From positions 1 to 38,523 of the forward strand of contig JAVCBY010000035.1 in assembly GCA_037917625.1 (NCBI GenBank): DNA of 38,523 nucleotides, given 5' to 3'. A program made the translations under genes and the position numbers. The DNA is from Thermoproteota archaeon. Its GTDB lineage: Archaea; Korarchaeota; Korarchaeia; Korarchaeales; Korarchaeaceae. How positions within the stretch are numbered: position 1 is the stretch's first letter; each line of letters opens with the position of its first letter. The notes below the pieces were generated by a model. The model was not told the origin of the DNA, ran no database searches, and saw nothing but the letters and a program-made list of their open reading frames with translations. This document shows, piece by piece, positions 27,726 to 37,489 of the stretch.

Positions 27726-28233
27726 ATAAATAGTTAGAAACTCTCTCAGAATCCCCCCTCTCGATTATTATGACCTCTGAGGAGCTCTTCAACCTCTCTA
27801 CTTCTTCTATCTTAACTAAGGGCGCTGTACCAACTGAAATAAGCTCCGATTCCCATATATCTCTCACTACCTCGATGAAATTCCTTGAAAGAAGCTCCAT
27901 CTTCCCTATCTCATCGATCATCACTACCTCGCACTCTTCCAAAGCCCTTCTCAATGCAGGTATAGCTATAGACTCGAACCTCACGATATCCACTCTGTAC
28001 TTAGATATAGAGGGGCCCTCCTTGAATTCTGTCGATGCGAAGACATCAGTCCGTCCAGTGAGTATATCCTCGACAGCAAAGCCCTTCCTTATCCCTCTCT
28101 CCCTCAATTCCGGTGTCCTTATACCTCCAACCTTAATACCGCTATCTCTCAGCTTCTCAAGGAGGAGCATGATGCAAGTGGATTTCCCTGACCCAGGCCT
28201 CCCTATTATAATGAACTTCCCCTCCTTCCTCAT
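27646..28233 (-). CDS. THEP1-like NTPase (NTPase_1 family)
   Basis: Walker A GRPGSGKST, VGGIRTPELRERGIRKGF, Walker B VMIDEIGKMEL. Confidence 0.93.
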   Translation of the reverse strand: MRKEGKFIIIGRPGSGKSTCIMLLLEKLRDSGIKVGGIRTPELRERGIRKGFAVEDILTGRTDVFASTEFKEGPSISKYRVDIVRFESIAIPALRRALEECEVVMIDEIGKMELLSRNFIEVVRDIWESELISVGTAPLVKIEEVERLKSSSEVIIIERGDSERVSNYLFNRIRDLLRVSRSSHHPSPRDTPSYL

Positions 28234-29355
28234 GTGAGCTCAAGGTTAACGTTAGCTTTACGCTTATATAGTGAGGGTAAGGTCTCGTTCTACTCTACGG
28301 ATCTCGAGGAACTGGCTAAGATGGGACTACCATATACTAAGGCCCCGATCTTCTATAATCCGAGGATGAAGCTCAATAGGGACGTAGCTATCTCAATCTT
28401 CTCATCATTATCCATGAGGAGCGCAGCCGATCTAATGGCAGCATCTGGAGTCAGGGCGTTGAGGCTCAAAGCTGAGGGCGGGGCGGAGGAGGTCTTGGCA
28501 TGCGATTCAAACTGTTTATCAGTTCAAATAATGAAGATGAATGTGAAGTTAAACAATTTGAGCGGGATTAGGGTGAAATGCTCTGACGCAAGACTTGAAG
28601 CTGAGAGAATGGCATGGGAAAATGAGAGAGTCGATTACATAGATCTAGATCCTTTCGGATCTCCAGCCCCCTTCTTAGACTCCTTCTTGAGGGCTTTGAA
28701 ACGCGGGGGCGTAATAGGGGTGACTGCCACGGATGAGCCGCCTCTGTTTGGCATATATCCAGATAAGTTGCTCAGGTATTATGGAGTTTGGGGAAAGAAA
28801 TTACCATTTTGTAAGGAATTTGGGATAAGATCATTAATATCATTCGCGATAAGGACCGCTGCGAGGTTGGACTTAGCGGCTGAGCCCCTCCTATCTTACG
28901 GAGAGGGGCATTACGTGAGGGCTTACTTCAGGGTAGAGAGAGGAGCCGAGAGATCTAAGCGTCTCCTGAAAGAACTAGGATGGGTTCTTTACAGTGAAGG
29001 GGATTTCGAGATAATTAAGGGGATAGATGAGATGCCCAGAGGGGCAATGGGGCCCATCTGGGTTGGAAAAATAGTGGAACCTGAATTCCTCGGGAGATTG
29101 AGTCCCCTGAATGAGGATGTTAAGAAGCTCTTTGAGAAGCTTAAGGAGGAAGCCGATGGTCCTCCGTTCTACCAAAGGCTAGATATCATATGTTCTAAAC
29201 TGAATGTAGAGATCCCTAAACTCAAAATTGTGATAGAGTCTCTCAGGGAGTTAGGTCACTTTGCAGCTAGATCTCACTTAGATCCCCTCGGCATTAAGAC
29301 GACAGCTAAGAGGGAGGAGATAGAGGACCTAGTCAGGAAGCTCACTTCTTCCTGA
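28234..29355 (+). CDS. trm1: tRNA (guanine-26) N2,N2-dimethyltransferase
   Basis: FYNPRMKLNRD, AASGVRALR, IDLDPFGSPAPF, VTATD, EFGIRSL, GPIWVG. Confidence 0.95.
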   Translation: MSSRLTLALRLYSEGKVSFYSTDLEELAKMGLPYTKAPIFYNPRMKLNRDVAISIFSSLSMRSAADLMAASGVRALRLKAEGGAEEVLACDSNCLSVQIMKMNVKLNNLSGIRVKCSDARLEAERMAWENERVDYIDLDPFGSPAPFLDSFLRALKRGGVIGVTATDEPPLFGIYPDKLLRYYGVWGKKLPFCKEFGIRSLISFAIRTAARLDLAAEPLLSYGEGHYVRAYFRVERGAERSKRLLKELGWVLYSEGDFEIIKGIDEMPRGAMGPIWVGKIVEPEFLGRLSPLNEDVKKLFEKLKEEADGPPFYQRLDIICSKLNVEIPKLKIVIESLRELGHFAARSHLDPLGIKTTAKREEIEDLVRKLTSS

Positions 29356-30025
29356 AGAGGATCATAGCATGCTTAGGATCATAGGGGGAGAGGTCTATGG
29401 ATTCGAGGAGCTCATATCTACCGGTCCCCAAGACCTCCCTCTCAACTCTCTTGTATATCTTCTTGGGAGGGAGTGTTACATCTATGCTGCTCGCCTTGAC
29501 AGCGATGATAGCCACTCCACCGCTCTTCAGAAATAGATCAGCGTTCTTGAGCAGGATATCGACTTGATCGGGTTGAGCAACATCCTCATATATGACATCA
29601 ACCTCTGTAACGAGCCAACTGTAGTTATAAGGTCTCCTGGCGCTCTCCAATATCGGGACGATATTCCTCCTATACTCAGCTACTCTAAGAAGATCTCTCA
29701 TCACCCAATGCGCTACCTCGACTCCGAATATAACTCCACTCTCCTCTATAACATCGCTTATGTGGGAGGCAGTCGTACCAGAGGCTATGCCTAGATAGAG
29801 GACCTTAGAACCTCTCTTAAAGGGGAAGTTCCTCAGCCCATTATATATAGCTGCAGCTAACTTCGATCTCCTCGGGTTCCATATCCTGTACTCCACTCCC
29901 CGAACTTCCCTAAAGGTCTCATCGTATACCTTGATCCCAGGAGTCAAGTTCCTCGTAGCTAGAAGCTTCTTCCCGTCCAAAATCCAATAAACATTCTCGA
30001 AATTTTCATCCTCCTTTACTCTCAC
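29342..30025 (-). CDS. flpA: Fibrillarin-like rRNA/tRNA 2'-O-methyltransferase
   Basis: EYRIWNPRRSKLAAAI, VLYLGIASGTTASHISD, DVAQPDQ, IKA-like VKASSIDVT. Confidence 0.97.
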   Translation of the reverse strand: MRVKEDENFENVYWILDGKKLLATRNLTPGIKVYDETFREVRGVEYRIWNPRRSKLAAAIYNGLRNFPFKRGSKVLYLGIASGTTASHISDVIEESGVIFGVEVAHWVMRDLLRVAEYRRNIVPILESARRPYNYSWLVTEVDVIYEDVAQPDQVDILLKNADLFLKSGGVAIIAVKASSIDVTLPPKKIYKRVEREVLGTGRYELLESIDLSPYDPKHAMILFRKK

Positions 30026-31157
30026 TCTTAAACGCCTCCATGAACTTCTTCAGTTTCTCCTCTATCTCCATCCTCAAGCGATCCCCTATGTACTTCCCAT
30101 CCCCATAAACATCGACTCTAGTGGCTATAGCTATCTTAGTAGCTAAAAGCCTCGATATCTTCCCCCTCAAGCTTTTCGGAGCTCCCCTCACTTCTTTAGC
30201 TTGGAATATGACCCCATGCTTCGGGGGCTTAGCTCCCTTTGTTAAATGCATGAATATCGCCTTATGGGCACCTAATATCTGTATTGAACTAGCAGGAAGA
30301 CTTGCGAGTCTCTCGAGGCTTCCCGCAATAGCTATCAACCTAGCGCCAACCATAGGGTGAACTACAGCTGATAGATTAGGGGCTGCTCTCCTCATCAAAT
30401 CTTCTATGTAGAGCTCCATCTCCCTCTTAGCTTCATAAAGCTCAAGCCAGCTTAAAGCTGCTCTCCTTATCGCCTGAAGATCTATTTCACTCAAATCAGC
30501 CCCCATAGAATTCCTAGAAGCCTTAATTACCTTTTTGATGATCTTCTCATCTAAACCAGCTTCCTCAAGTATTTTTCGGTCTAACTTCCTCCTGTCCGGC
30601 TCTACGGATATCAGCTTGATGAAATCATAGTGATCCTCTATGAGTTCATCGAGCTCAGGGAAGTGTATAGAATACCACTCCCTTATCGTAGGCGCTATCA
30701 TGTTCAACGCCTTATTTGAGTGATCGACGAAATCTACAGCCTTTATAACCTGTTGATCTAGGGAACTGAGCCTCTCCCTCACACCAGACTTAGAAAGCAA
30801 GATGCCCAGCTCACTTAGGAACTGAAAATATTCCTCCTGCTTTATCTCCCCCCACGCTTGTGAAGCGTATCTTATAGGGGAGCTCCTGATGATAGAGAAG
30901 GGCTTCTCACCCGGGGATAATGTGGAGCTCCTCCCCATCTCATCTAAGATCTCCTTGAGGATTGAATCATTGACTACTATCTCATCAGCATTCATATTCG
31001 CTAATATCTTATTCAGGGTCTCCCTTATGAATTCCCTCCCCTCGAGTATCCTCGCGATAGCCTTCTCATCCTTAGGGAATGGTACTAACTCTAACAACTT
31101 CCCATTCTCATCGAGCAATAAGATGCCATAGGGCTGCATCGCCAGGAACGCTCTCAA
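30006..31157 (-). CDS. nop5: C/D box RNP protein Nop5 (Nop56/58)
   Basis: REWYSIHFPEL, APNLSAV, GARLIAIAGSLERLA, PASSIQILGAHKA, PPKHGVIFQ; adjacent to fibrillarin. Confidence 0.96.
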   Translation of the reverse strand: MRAFLAMQPYGILLLDENGKLLELVPFPKDEKAIARILEGREFIRETLNKILANMNADEIVVNDSILKEILDEMGRSSTLSPGEKPFSIIRSSPIRYASQAWGEIKQEEYFQFLSELGILLSKSGVRERLSSLDQQVIKAVDFVDHSNKALNMIAPTIREWYSIHFPELDELIEDHYDFIKLISVEPDRRKLDRKILEEAGLDEKIIKKVIKASRNSMGADLSEIDLQAIRRAALSWLELYEAKREMELYIEDLMRRAAPNLSAVVHPMVGARLIAIAGSLERLASLPASSIQILGAHKAIFMHLTKGAKPPKHGVIFQAKEVRGAPKSLRGKISRLLATKIAIATRVDVYGDGKYIGDRLRMEIEEKLKKFMEAFKSESKGG

Positions 31158-31166
31158 GAGGACCCC

Positions 31167-31334
31167 TCAGATCGGATGCTGCCCAGGCTTCCTATTGAGT
31201 ACATACCTTTTACGGTACAGGATCTTCATCCTGACCCTAGGTGGGGGGCTCCTCCTCTCCCTAGCCTCTACCTTTGGGGTGAGCGATCTTACCTTGCCCG
31301 CCTTATTGAGGGCACCATGCGTTCCCCTAGGCAT
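31167..31334 (-). CDS. rps30e: 30S ribosomal protein S30e (55 aa, absent from the ORF track)
   Basis: Manual translation: MPRGTHGALNKAGKVRSLTPKVEARERRSPPPRVRMKILYRKRYVLNRKPGQHPI. It matches the HGxLxKAGKVRxxTPK signature. Confidence 0.95.
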   Translation of the reverse strand: MPRGTHGALNKAGKVRSLTPKVEARERRSPPPRVRMKILYRKRYVLNRKPGQHPI

Positions 31335-31450
31335 TCTCTCACTATGGCTAAGTGAGGCTCTCCATTAATATACGTTTGCATATATCCTCATCCGCTGGGC
31401 TCTAGCCTCAAGCCCTAAACGAGGCCCTAACGATGAGCAGATCTATGGGA

Positions 31451-33445
31451 TCATTGAAGGAGCTCTGAGGTCTCGTCTTTCTCATCTCTCTTCATCAATA
31501 ATAGCCTATAGTCCTCTATAAGACTCATTATATCGAATCTCATGCCCTTCTGAGATTCCTTAACTTCCTCTCTTTTAGCGAGTAACTTGAGGGCCTCATC
31601 CATCGGGATGACCGGAGTTACCCCATTCCAAGCTATCCTATAATTCTCCTCAGAATCGACAAATATGCCCTCCTCAGAAGCCCTCTTCATGAAATCCGGA
31701 GGCGGGGGGCTTCCCCTATAAAGTATGATCTTTATCCCCATGCTCTTGAGTTTCTTGACGATACTACCGCTAGCCCCTGATGCATCTAAAGTCAAGATTG
31801 CCTCAGCACTCTCCGTCATTGAGTCTATCTTTTCCTTAGCCAGCGATGGGAGGACCTTGATCTTAATTCCTGGAATCTCGTTCCTCTCAGATATCGCTTT
31901 TAGTTGGGATCTAAGGAGTTCATTCTGCCATCTCTCCTTCTCTAGCTCCCTCTCCAGCTCCCTTATTCTGGAATCCCTAGCAGATATTCTCCTATCTATT
32001 TCTATCTCCAGGTTCCTCATCTCCTCCAAGTACTCTATCCTCCTCCGGAGTTCGGAGATCTCCTCATCCTTCCTCCTTATAATTTCCTTGTACCTCTCTA
32101 TCTCCTCCCTCAACTCCCTTATCTTTAAGATAAGCCTCTTAACATAATTATCCGTTCTGGCTAACTCTTTCCTCAACTCAAGGTACTTAGATTCCTCCTT
32201 GACCTCCTTGGAGGAGAACTCCTCCAAGGCTACTGATATAGGCGTCCCCTTTAGTATCTTGCTCAATATGAGATCAGCGTCCTTCCCGAGGCCTGCTTCC
32301 TCAATCCTAGCTCTAGCTTTAGCTATCAGGTTCTTAGCCTTTTGATAAGCCTTTAAGGCTGCTGCAAGAGAGTCCCTCTCGTGAGAGCTCTCAGCCCTCA
32401 CTCCCTTCTTTTCCTCAAATTCCGTAACTATTTTCCTCTTCTCCTCAGCTTTCATATCATATTTAGCAACAATGAGCCTTGAATCAAACATATTGGCTAT
32501 CTTAACCACACTTTTCGGTGGTGGATTCACATCAGTTGCTATTATGACTGGGTAGCCGTAATTCAAGATCTCCTCAATTATCTCAGATCTTGAAGCCCTT
32601 CTCATCGTTTTAAGGGAGAGTACATCACCATTCAAGTCCATTATCGCTAAACCAACGGACATACCCGGATCTATGCCCACTATCAAGGGCCTGGACTTAG
32701 GAAGGGTTGAGAACTGCTCCCCAGGGAACTTCACCTTGCTCCTCCAGGAGTGAGATAATATTATCCTGAAGGGTGACCACTCACTGCTCTCCTTTATAAC
32801 TTTCCTGACCTCCTCAAGGTCCGCGTAAACTATGAATTCAGCCCTCCTAAGCCCTCCTGAAGCTCTCTCAACGTAAAGATCATAATCGAGATTAGCTTTA
32901 TCGAGTTCTGTCGCTATCCTATTTGCCTCGCTCAATATACTTGCCTCTATGGATCTTCTCCACCTATCGCTTCCAGATCCCCCTTGTTTAACGCTCCTGT
33001 TCCTCGTGACTAATATCCTAGTCTCCGGATACATAGCGATTGCTTCAGTCCCGATGCCGAGCATAGCTAAGTTGGCCACTATCCTAGCTGTGCCTAGGGG
33101 ATCGGAGTGGGATGGTGAGGGGAGTCCAGCTTCCTTAGCTACTGAGGATAGAGGCCTTATACCGTTTGGTGATCCAGTGACTTGAATTAACTTACATTTA
33201 GGTGGCAGCCTCTCCATCACCCTCCTTAGATCGCTGGAATCCGAGGCTATCTCAAAGATGTTATCAGTCGCTAAGATGTTAACATCGTACTTCCTCAGGA
33301 GCTCTAATACGTCATCGAAGGTCACCTCTTCCGCCTCGAATAGGACCCCTCCCTCCCCGAGGATCGAGATCGAATATAGGGGTTTCATGCTGGACCTCGG
33401 GGATCCGGACTTTATATCTATCCCGGCGACCCTCAAATCCGCCAT
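31451..33445 (-). CDS. DUF460-family protein (RNase H-like folds plus long coiled coil)
   Basis: VAGIDI, ILATDNIFEI, LIQVTG, QGGSGSDRWRR, IVGIDPG, IIATDVNPPP, HERDSLAAA, and a C-terminal coiled coil. Confidence 0.85.
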   Translation of the reverse strand: MADLRVAGIDIKSGSPRSSMKPLYSISILGEGGVLFEAEEVTFDDVLELLRKYDVNILATDNIFEIASDSSDLRRVMERLPPKCKLIQVTGSPNGIRPLSSVAKEAGLPSPSHSDPLGTARIVANLAMLGIGTEAIAMYPETRILVTRNRSVKQGGSGSDRWRRSIEASILSEANRIATELDKANLDYDLYVERASGGLRRAEFIVYADLEEVRKVIKESSEWSPFRIILSHSWRSKVKFPGEQFSTLPKSRPLIVGIDPGMSVGLAIMDLNGDVLSLKTMRRASRSEIIEEILNYGYPVIIATDVNPPPKSVVKIANMFDSRLIVAKYDMKAEEKRKIVTEFEEKKGVRAESSHERDSLAAALKAYQKAKNLIAKARARIEEAGLGKDADLILSKILKGTPISVALEEFSSKEVKEESKYLELRKELARTDNYVKRLILKIRELREEIERYKEIIRRKDEEISELRRRIEYLEEMRNLEIEIDRRISARDSRIRELERELEKERWQNELLRSQLKAISERNEIPGIKIKVLPSLAKEKIDSMTESAEAILTLDASGASGSIVKKLKSMGIKIILYRGSPPPPDFMKRASEEGIFVDSEENYRIAWNGVTPVIPMDEALKLLAKREEVKESQKGMRFDIMSLIEDYRLLLMKRDEKDETSELLQ

Positions 33446-33500
33446 TCAGTTTTATGCTGAGCGGTTGCTTTATTAAAGTTTACCATGCAATCGATCGTGG

Positions 33501-34784
33501 ATGAGGGGTAAGTTAATCGCTTCAATCCTCATGGTTCTGCAGCTCAACCCTCTGCCTTTGCTCTCACAAGGGGGGGTTTACGTTCAGATAGAGCCGAGAG
33601 AAACATGCGTAGCCGGATTTCCATGCAAAATAAACATCTCAATATCTAATAGCGATGGAACTATATTACTGCATAAACTGAGGCTCATAACACCTTGGGG
33701 TGCATTCGTGAGGGACTTGGGGTTGAGGGAGATGAGAGCTGGCGAATCCCTGAAGGTGTCCGTAGTGGTGAACGTGAGCATCGACTCGCTAGAGGGCCCG
33801 AACTTCCTGAGGCCGGAGCTCATCTATTTCGTCAGAGGGGAGACTGGAATGAAGAGCTCTCAAGGGAATTCTTCGGCTATCTTGATACAGCGTCCCAGGA
33901 TCACTGTCAGCCTTCTAGCCTCTCCCCTGAGCTATCAAATCTCCCTAGGCGAGCCTCTGATATTAGAAGGGAGCTTCAGGGTCGATGGGATCCCTAGCGA
34001 CTTCTACCCGACATTAAGAGTTTATGTAGATGGTGCTCCAGCTATCGAGAAGGACATGAATTCATCGAGAGGGCTCTTCTCCGTCCAAGTCCCGTTAGCT
34101 GAACCTGGTATTCATGAGGTCAATTTGAGCCTCTGCTATCTGATAGGATGCGAGTCAAAAACATTCAGCGTGCTCGTGAGGGAGGCCCCTAAGGAGCAGC
34201 TATCGATGGAATTGAACTCCACGAAGAGGTACTTCCAAGATCTCCTGAACTACTATAGGACTGCAGTTAATGATGCAATCCCCATCCCCGGATATGTGCT
34301 CTCGAATATATCCGCGATAGATTCCCTGATCAGCGAGGCTGAGGGTATCTTGAGCGGGAATCTGACGGGGGATGAGCGGAGAGTGGGGGATCTCCTCAAC
34401 AGGGCTAGAGGGCTCATCTCCCTCAGCATTGAGGAGATCACCAGAGCATACAAGGAAACTCTTTTATCAAAATTGGATAATTTAAGAAATAAATTGAATC
34501 TAGTATCTAAAATAGATAAGAAAACTTACAGTAACCTCAGCATTAGCTTAGATGAGCTGAAGGATGAGATCGTATCTATATCTCCGGATAATGCCTCAAA
34601 AAGATATTGGGATATCACTAACCGGATGGAGGAGATAGAGAAGATCATAGATTCCAAGAGGGAAGGCCTTATGAACGATATCGCTAAACTATCCCTGATC
34701 TTAATAGCTCTAATATTGATTTCAATCGTTTCCATAACAATGCTTATCTTGAGGGTTTGGAGAGTGGAGATGGGTGAAGGGTGA
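33501..34784 (+). CDS. Hypothetical cell-surface protein (signal peptide, beta-sandwich region, helical stalk, C-terminal TM anchor)
   Basis: 427 aa. Hydrophobic N-terminus, many N-x-S/T sequons, C-terminal LSLILIALILISIVSITMLIL. Confidence 0.75.
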   Translation: MRGKLIASILMVLQLNPLPLLSQGGVYVQIEPRETCVAGFPCKINISISNSDGTILLHKLRLITPWGAFVRDLGLREMRAGESLKVSVVVNVSIDSLEGPNFLRPELIYFVRGETGMKSSQGNSSAILIQRPRITVSLLASPLSYQISLGEPLILEGSFRVDGIPSDFYPTLRVYVDGAPAIEKDMNSSRGLFSVQVPLAEPGIHEVNLSLCYLIGCESKTFSVLVREAPKEQLSMELNSTKRYFQDLLNYYRTAVNDAIPIPGYVLSNISAIDSLISEAEGILSGNLTGDERRVGDLLNRARGLISLSIEEITRAYKETLLSKLDNLRNKLNLVSKIDKKTYSNLSISLDELKDEIVSISPDNASKRYWDITNRMEEIEKIIDSKREGLMNDIAKLSLILIALILISIVSITMLILRVWRVEMGEG

Positions 34785-34791
34785 GCGCTGA

Positions 34792-36585
34792 ATGTGCGGG
34801 ATAGTGGGGATCATCAGGAGCAAAGCGGGAGTACTCTCAGATCTCCTCAAATCGCTGAAGAACCTCGAATACAGGGGCTATGATTCCGCAGGGATCGCTA
34901 TCTCACTTGGAGATGATATCTTCATCTTAAAGGGAGTCGGGACGATAGATCAAGTCATAAGAGGGGCGGAGATTCCTGATGGTAGTATAGGAATAGGGCA
35001 TACGAGATGGGCGACTCATGGTGGTGTGAGCTTCGAGAACGCCCATCCTCAAGTATCATGCGATGGAAAGATAGCAGTAGTTCACAACGGTACTTTAGAT
35101 GGATTCGAGCAGTTGAGGGAGGATCTGAGAGCTAGAGGGCACGTATTCAGATCGGAGACGGATACGGAGGTGATAGCTCACCTAGTTGAGGAGGGGATGA
35201 GGGAGGGGCTAAGCCCTCTACTCTCTCTTCACGGGGCTGTGAGCATGCTGGAGGGGAGTTACGCTATAGCGATGATCTCAGCTGGGCACAGCTCGATATA
35301 CTTAGCTAGGAGGAAGAGCCCCCTCGTGATAGGGCTTGGGAAAGGGGAGAACTATTGCGCATCTGATGTATCAGCCTTACTGCATCTCACTAAGGAATTC
35401 ATATTCCTAGAGGATGGAGAACTCGCTGAGATCACCTCTAAGGATGTGAGGATATGGAGAGGGGATGGGGAGCTCGTAGCTGTAGAGAGGAGAGCTGAGA
35501 GAATTGATTGGACGCCTCAGCAGATGGAGAAGGGGAAATATGAGCACTTCATGCTGAAGGAAATAAATGAACAGCCTTACATAATGAGGAAAATAGCAGA
35601 TACCATAGAGTATTATAAGAAGTTCTCCGAGAGACTGGAATCTGCGTTAAAGAGCGGATCACTATCGATAGTAGCAGCAGGCACGTCCATGCATGCTGGC
35701 CTCATAGGGAAATTTTACCTCTCAACTCTAGCTGGATTCGGATCAGATGTGATCATAGCATCAGAATTCCCAGAGTGGTCGAGACACATATCAAGCGGGG
35801 ACGTTATACTCGCTATAAGCCAATCAGGGGAGACAGCTGATGTGCTAGAGGCCGTCAGGATAGCTAGGGATAAGGGAGCTAAGGTATTTTCAATAGTTAA
35901 CGTCCCAGGCAGCACTCTAACTAGGCTCTCCGATGAGTGCGTTTTCATACAAGCGGGTCCTGAAGTTGGAGTAGCCGCTACGAAGACATTCACAGCTCAA
36001 GTAGCTTCCCTCTATGTCATATCATCGCTGATCTCCGATCCAGATTCCTCTGAGGATCTAAGGGGAGAGCTCCTCAGTATATCAGATTCAATCTTGAAGA
36101 ATATGGGGAGAGTAGATGATGAATCTAGGAAAATAGCTGATCTATTGAGATCGAAGGAGCACGTTTTCTTCTTGGGTAGGGGCGTGAACTATCCCACAGC
36201 TTTGGAAGGGGCGCTCAAGCTGAAGGAGATAAGTTACATACATGCAGAGGGTTATGCAGCGGGTGAGTATAAGCACGGACCCCTCGCATTGATAGAGGAG
36301 GGAGTGCCTGTAATAGCTTTGATACCGAGGGAGAGGAATCTGCTAAATAAGATAATATACAACTTGATGGAAGTCAAGGCCAGGGGCTCATTCACAATAA
36401 CCATTCAGCCGCTTGACGTGAGCTTGCCCTCTGACAGAAAGCTCATAGTTAATGTGGAGGATGAGCTCACATCACCCCTGATCTACGCAATCCCTCTCCA
36501 GCTTATAGCCTATTACACAGCACTAAAGCTAGGAAGGAACCCGGATAAGCCTAGGAATCTAGCTAAGAGCGTTACAGTAGAGTAA
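34792..36585 (+). CDS. glmS: Glutamine-fructose-6-phosphate aminotransferase
   Basis: MCGIVG, LEYRGYDSAG, GHTRWATHG, SQSGETAD, EGALKLKEISYIHAE, DKPRNLAKSVTVE. Confidence 0.98.
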   Translation: MCGIVGIIRSKAGVLSDLLKSLKNLEYRGYDSAGIAISLGDDIFILKGVGTIDQVIRGAEIPDGSIGIGHTRWATHGGVSFENAHPQVSCDGKIAVVHNGTLDGFEQLREDLRARGHVFRSETDTEVIAHLVEEGMREGLSPLLSLHGAVSMLEGSYAIAMISAGHSSIYLARRKSPLVIGLGKGENYCASDVSALLHLTKEFIFLEDGELAEITSKDVRIWRGDGELVAVERRAERIDWTPQQMEKGKYEHFMLKEINEQPYIMRKIADTIEYYKKFSERLESALKSGSLSIVAAGTSMHAGLIGKFYLSTLAGFGSDVIIASEFPEWSRHISSGDVILAISQSGETADVLEAVRIARDKGAKVFSIVNVPGSTLTRLSDECVFIQAGPEVGVAATKTFTAQVASLYVISSLISDPDSSEDLRGELLSISDSILKNMGRVDDESRKIADLLRSKEHVFFLGRGVNYPTALEGALKLKEISYIHAEGYAAGEYKHGPLALIEEGVPVIALIPRERNLLNKIIYNLMEVKARGSFTITIQPLDVSLPSDRKLIVNVEDELTSPLIYAIPLQLIAYYTALKLGRNPDKPRNLAKSVTVE

Positions 36586-36586
36586 G

Positions 36587-36829
36587 CTACTCTAATGTCA
36601 CGAATAGCACATTATTTCCCCTTATGAAGAGGGTCCCAACGCCCCTCTTAACTTCTCCAGATGCTGGATCGACTTCTCTCGCAGAATCAAGCACTAGGTT
36701 CATCATTTCATCATAAACAATGAGCTTTCCGATTATCTGGCTCCCATTTTTCAATCTAACAGTTATCTCTGCACCATGAGACTTCTTGAGGTGGGATAGG
36801 GGAAGCTCCTTACTCGAATCCATAGGCAT
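36587..36829 (-). CDS. Sm-like archaeal protein (SmAP/Lsm)
   Basis: Sm1 VRLKNG...GKLIVYDEMMNLVL and Sm2 FIRGNNVLFV. Confidence 0.93.
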   Translation of the reverse strand: MPMDSSKELPLSHLKKSHGAEITVRLKNGSQIIGKLIVYDEMMNLVLDSAREVDPASGEVKRGVGTLFIRGNNVLFVTLE

Positions 36830-36857
36830 CCACCTCCTTTCGAGAATAAATATCTTC

Positions 36858-37484
36858 TCACCTACTGCTGAGGGCTATCCTCTCTATCTCCTCCTTCCTC
36901 CTTATAGCGAAGCTCCTGTTCCTATCATACTCTGCAGCCGCAATTATTTCCTCCGCGAGGGCCTCAGCTAGACTTCTCGGACTCCTGAAAGCCTTCATAG
37001 CTGCTCCTTGTGCTATATGCCTTATCGCTAGATCTACCATCCTGCTGGGGGATGTATCGACAGCGTGGAAGTAACTCACGCCTCCGTACATTATCCTCGT
37101 GACCTCCTCCCTTATTATTGAATTCTCTATCGCATCAAGGAATACTTGAATAGGATTTTTTCCAGTTCTCAATCCTATTATCTCGAATGCATACTTCACA
37201 GTCCTCATAGCTTTCAACTTCTTCCCCTGGTTCTTGCTGTTGACGTGGTCCTTCCTGCTGCCGGAGTTCATCGCTTGGCCCATCAGCCTGTTCACTAACC
37301 TCTCCACTATGGGTATCTCAAGCTTCCCGAATTTCTTATGCTCATGCCTACCTCCTGTGTGCGGTAGGTACACTGGCTTGAGTGATATGACATTCTTCAA
37401 AGCTACGTTCTCTATCCTGAGGTCATCATAGCTCCATCTCCCAAAAAGCTTTATCTGAGGTCCCGGGTTCGACTCACTACTCAT
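36858..37484 (-). CDS. rps7: 30S ribosomal protein S7 (uS7)
   Basis: [50 protein letters not shown] before ATG 37484. Confidence 0.98.
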   Translation of the reverse strand: MSSESNPGPQIKLFGRWSYDDLRIENVALKNVISLKPVYLPHTGGRHEHKKFGKLEIPIVERLVNRLMGQAMNSGSRKDHVNSKNQGKKLKAMRTVKYAFEIIGLRTGKNPIQVFLDAIENSIIREEVTRIMYGGVSYFHAVDTSPSRMVDLAIRHIAQGAAMKAFRSPRSLAEALAEEIIAAAEYDRNRSFAIRRKEEIERIALSSR

Positions 37485-37489
37485 CACGA

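Noticed and set aside
37461-37476. tRNA T-loop-like GGGTTCGACTC
   Set aside because: No cloverleaf can be built, and it lies antisense within rps7.
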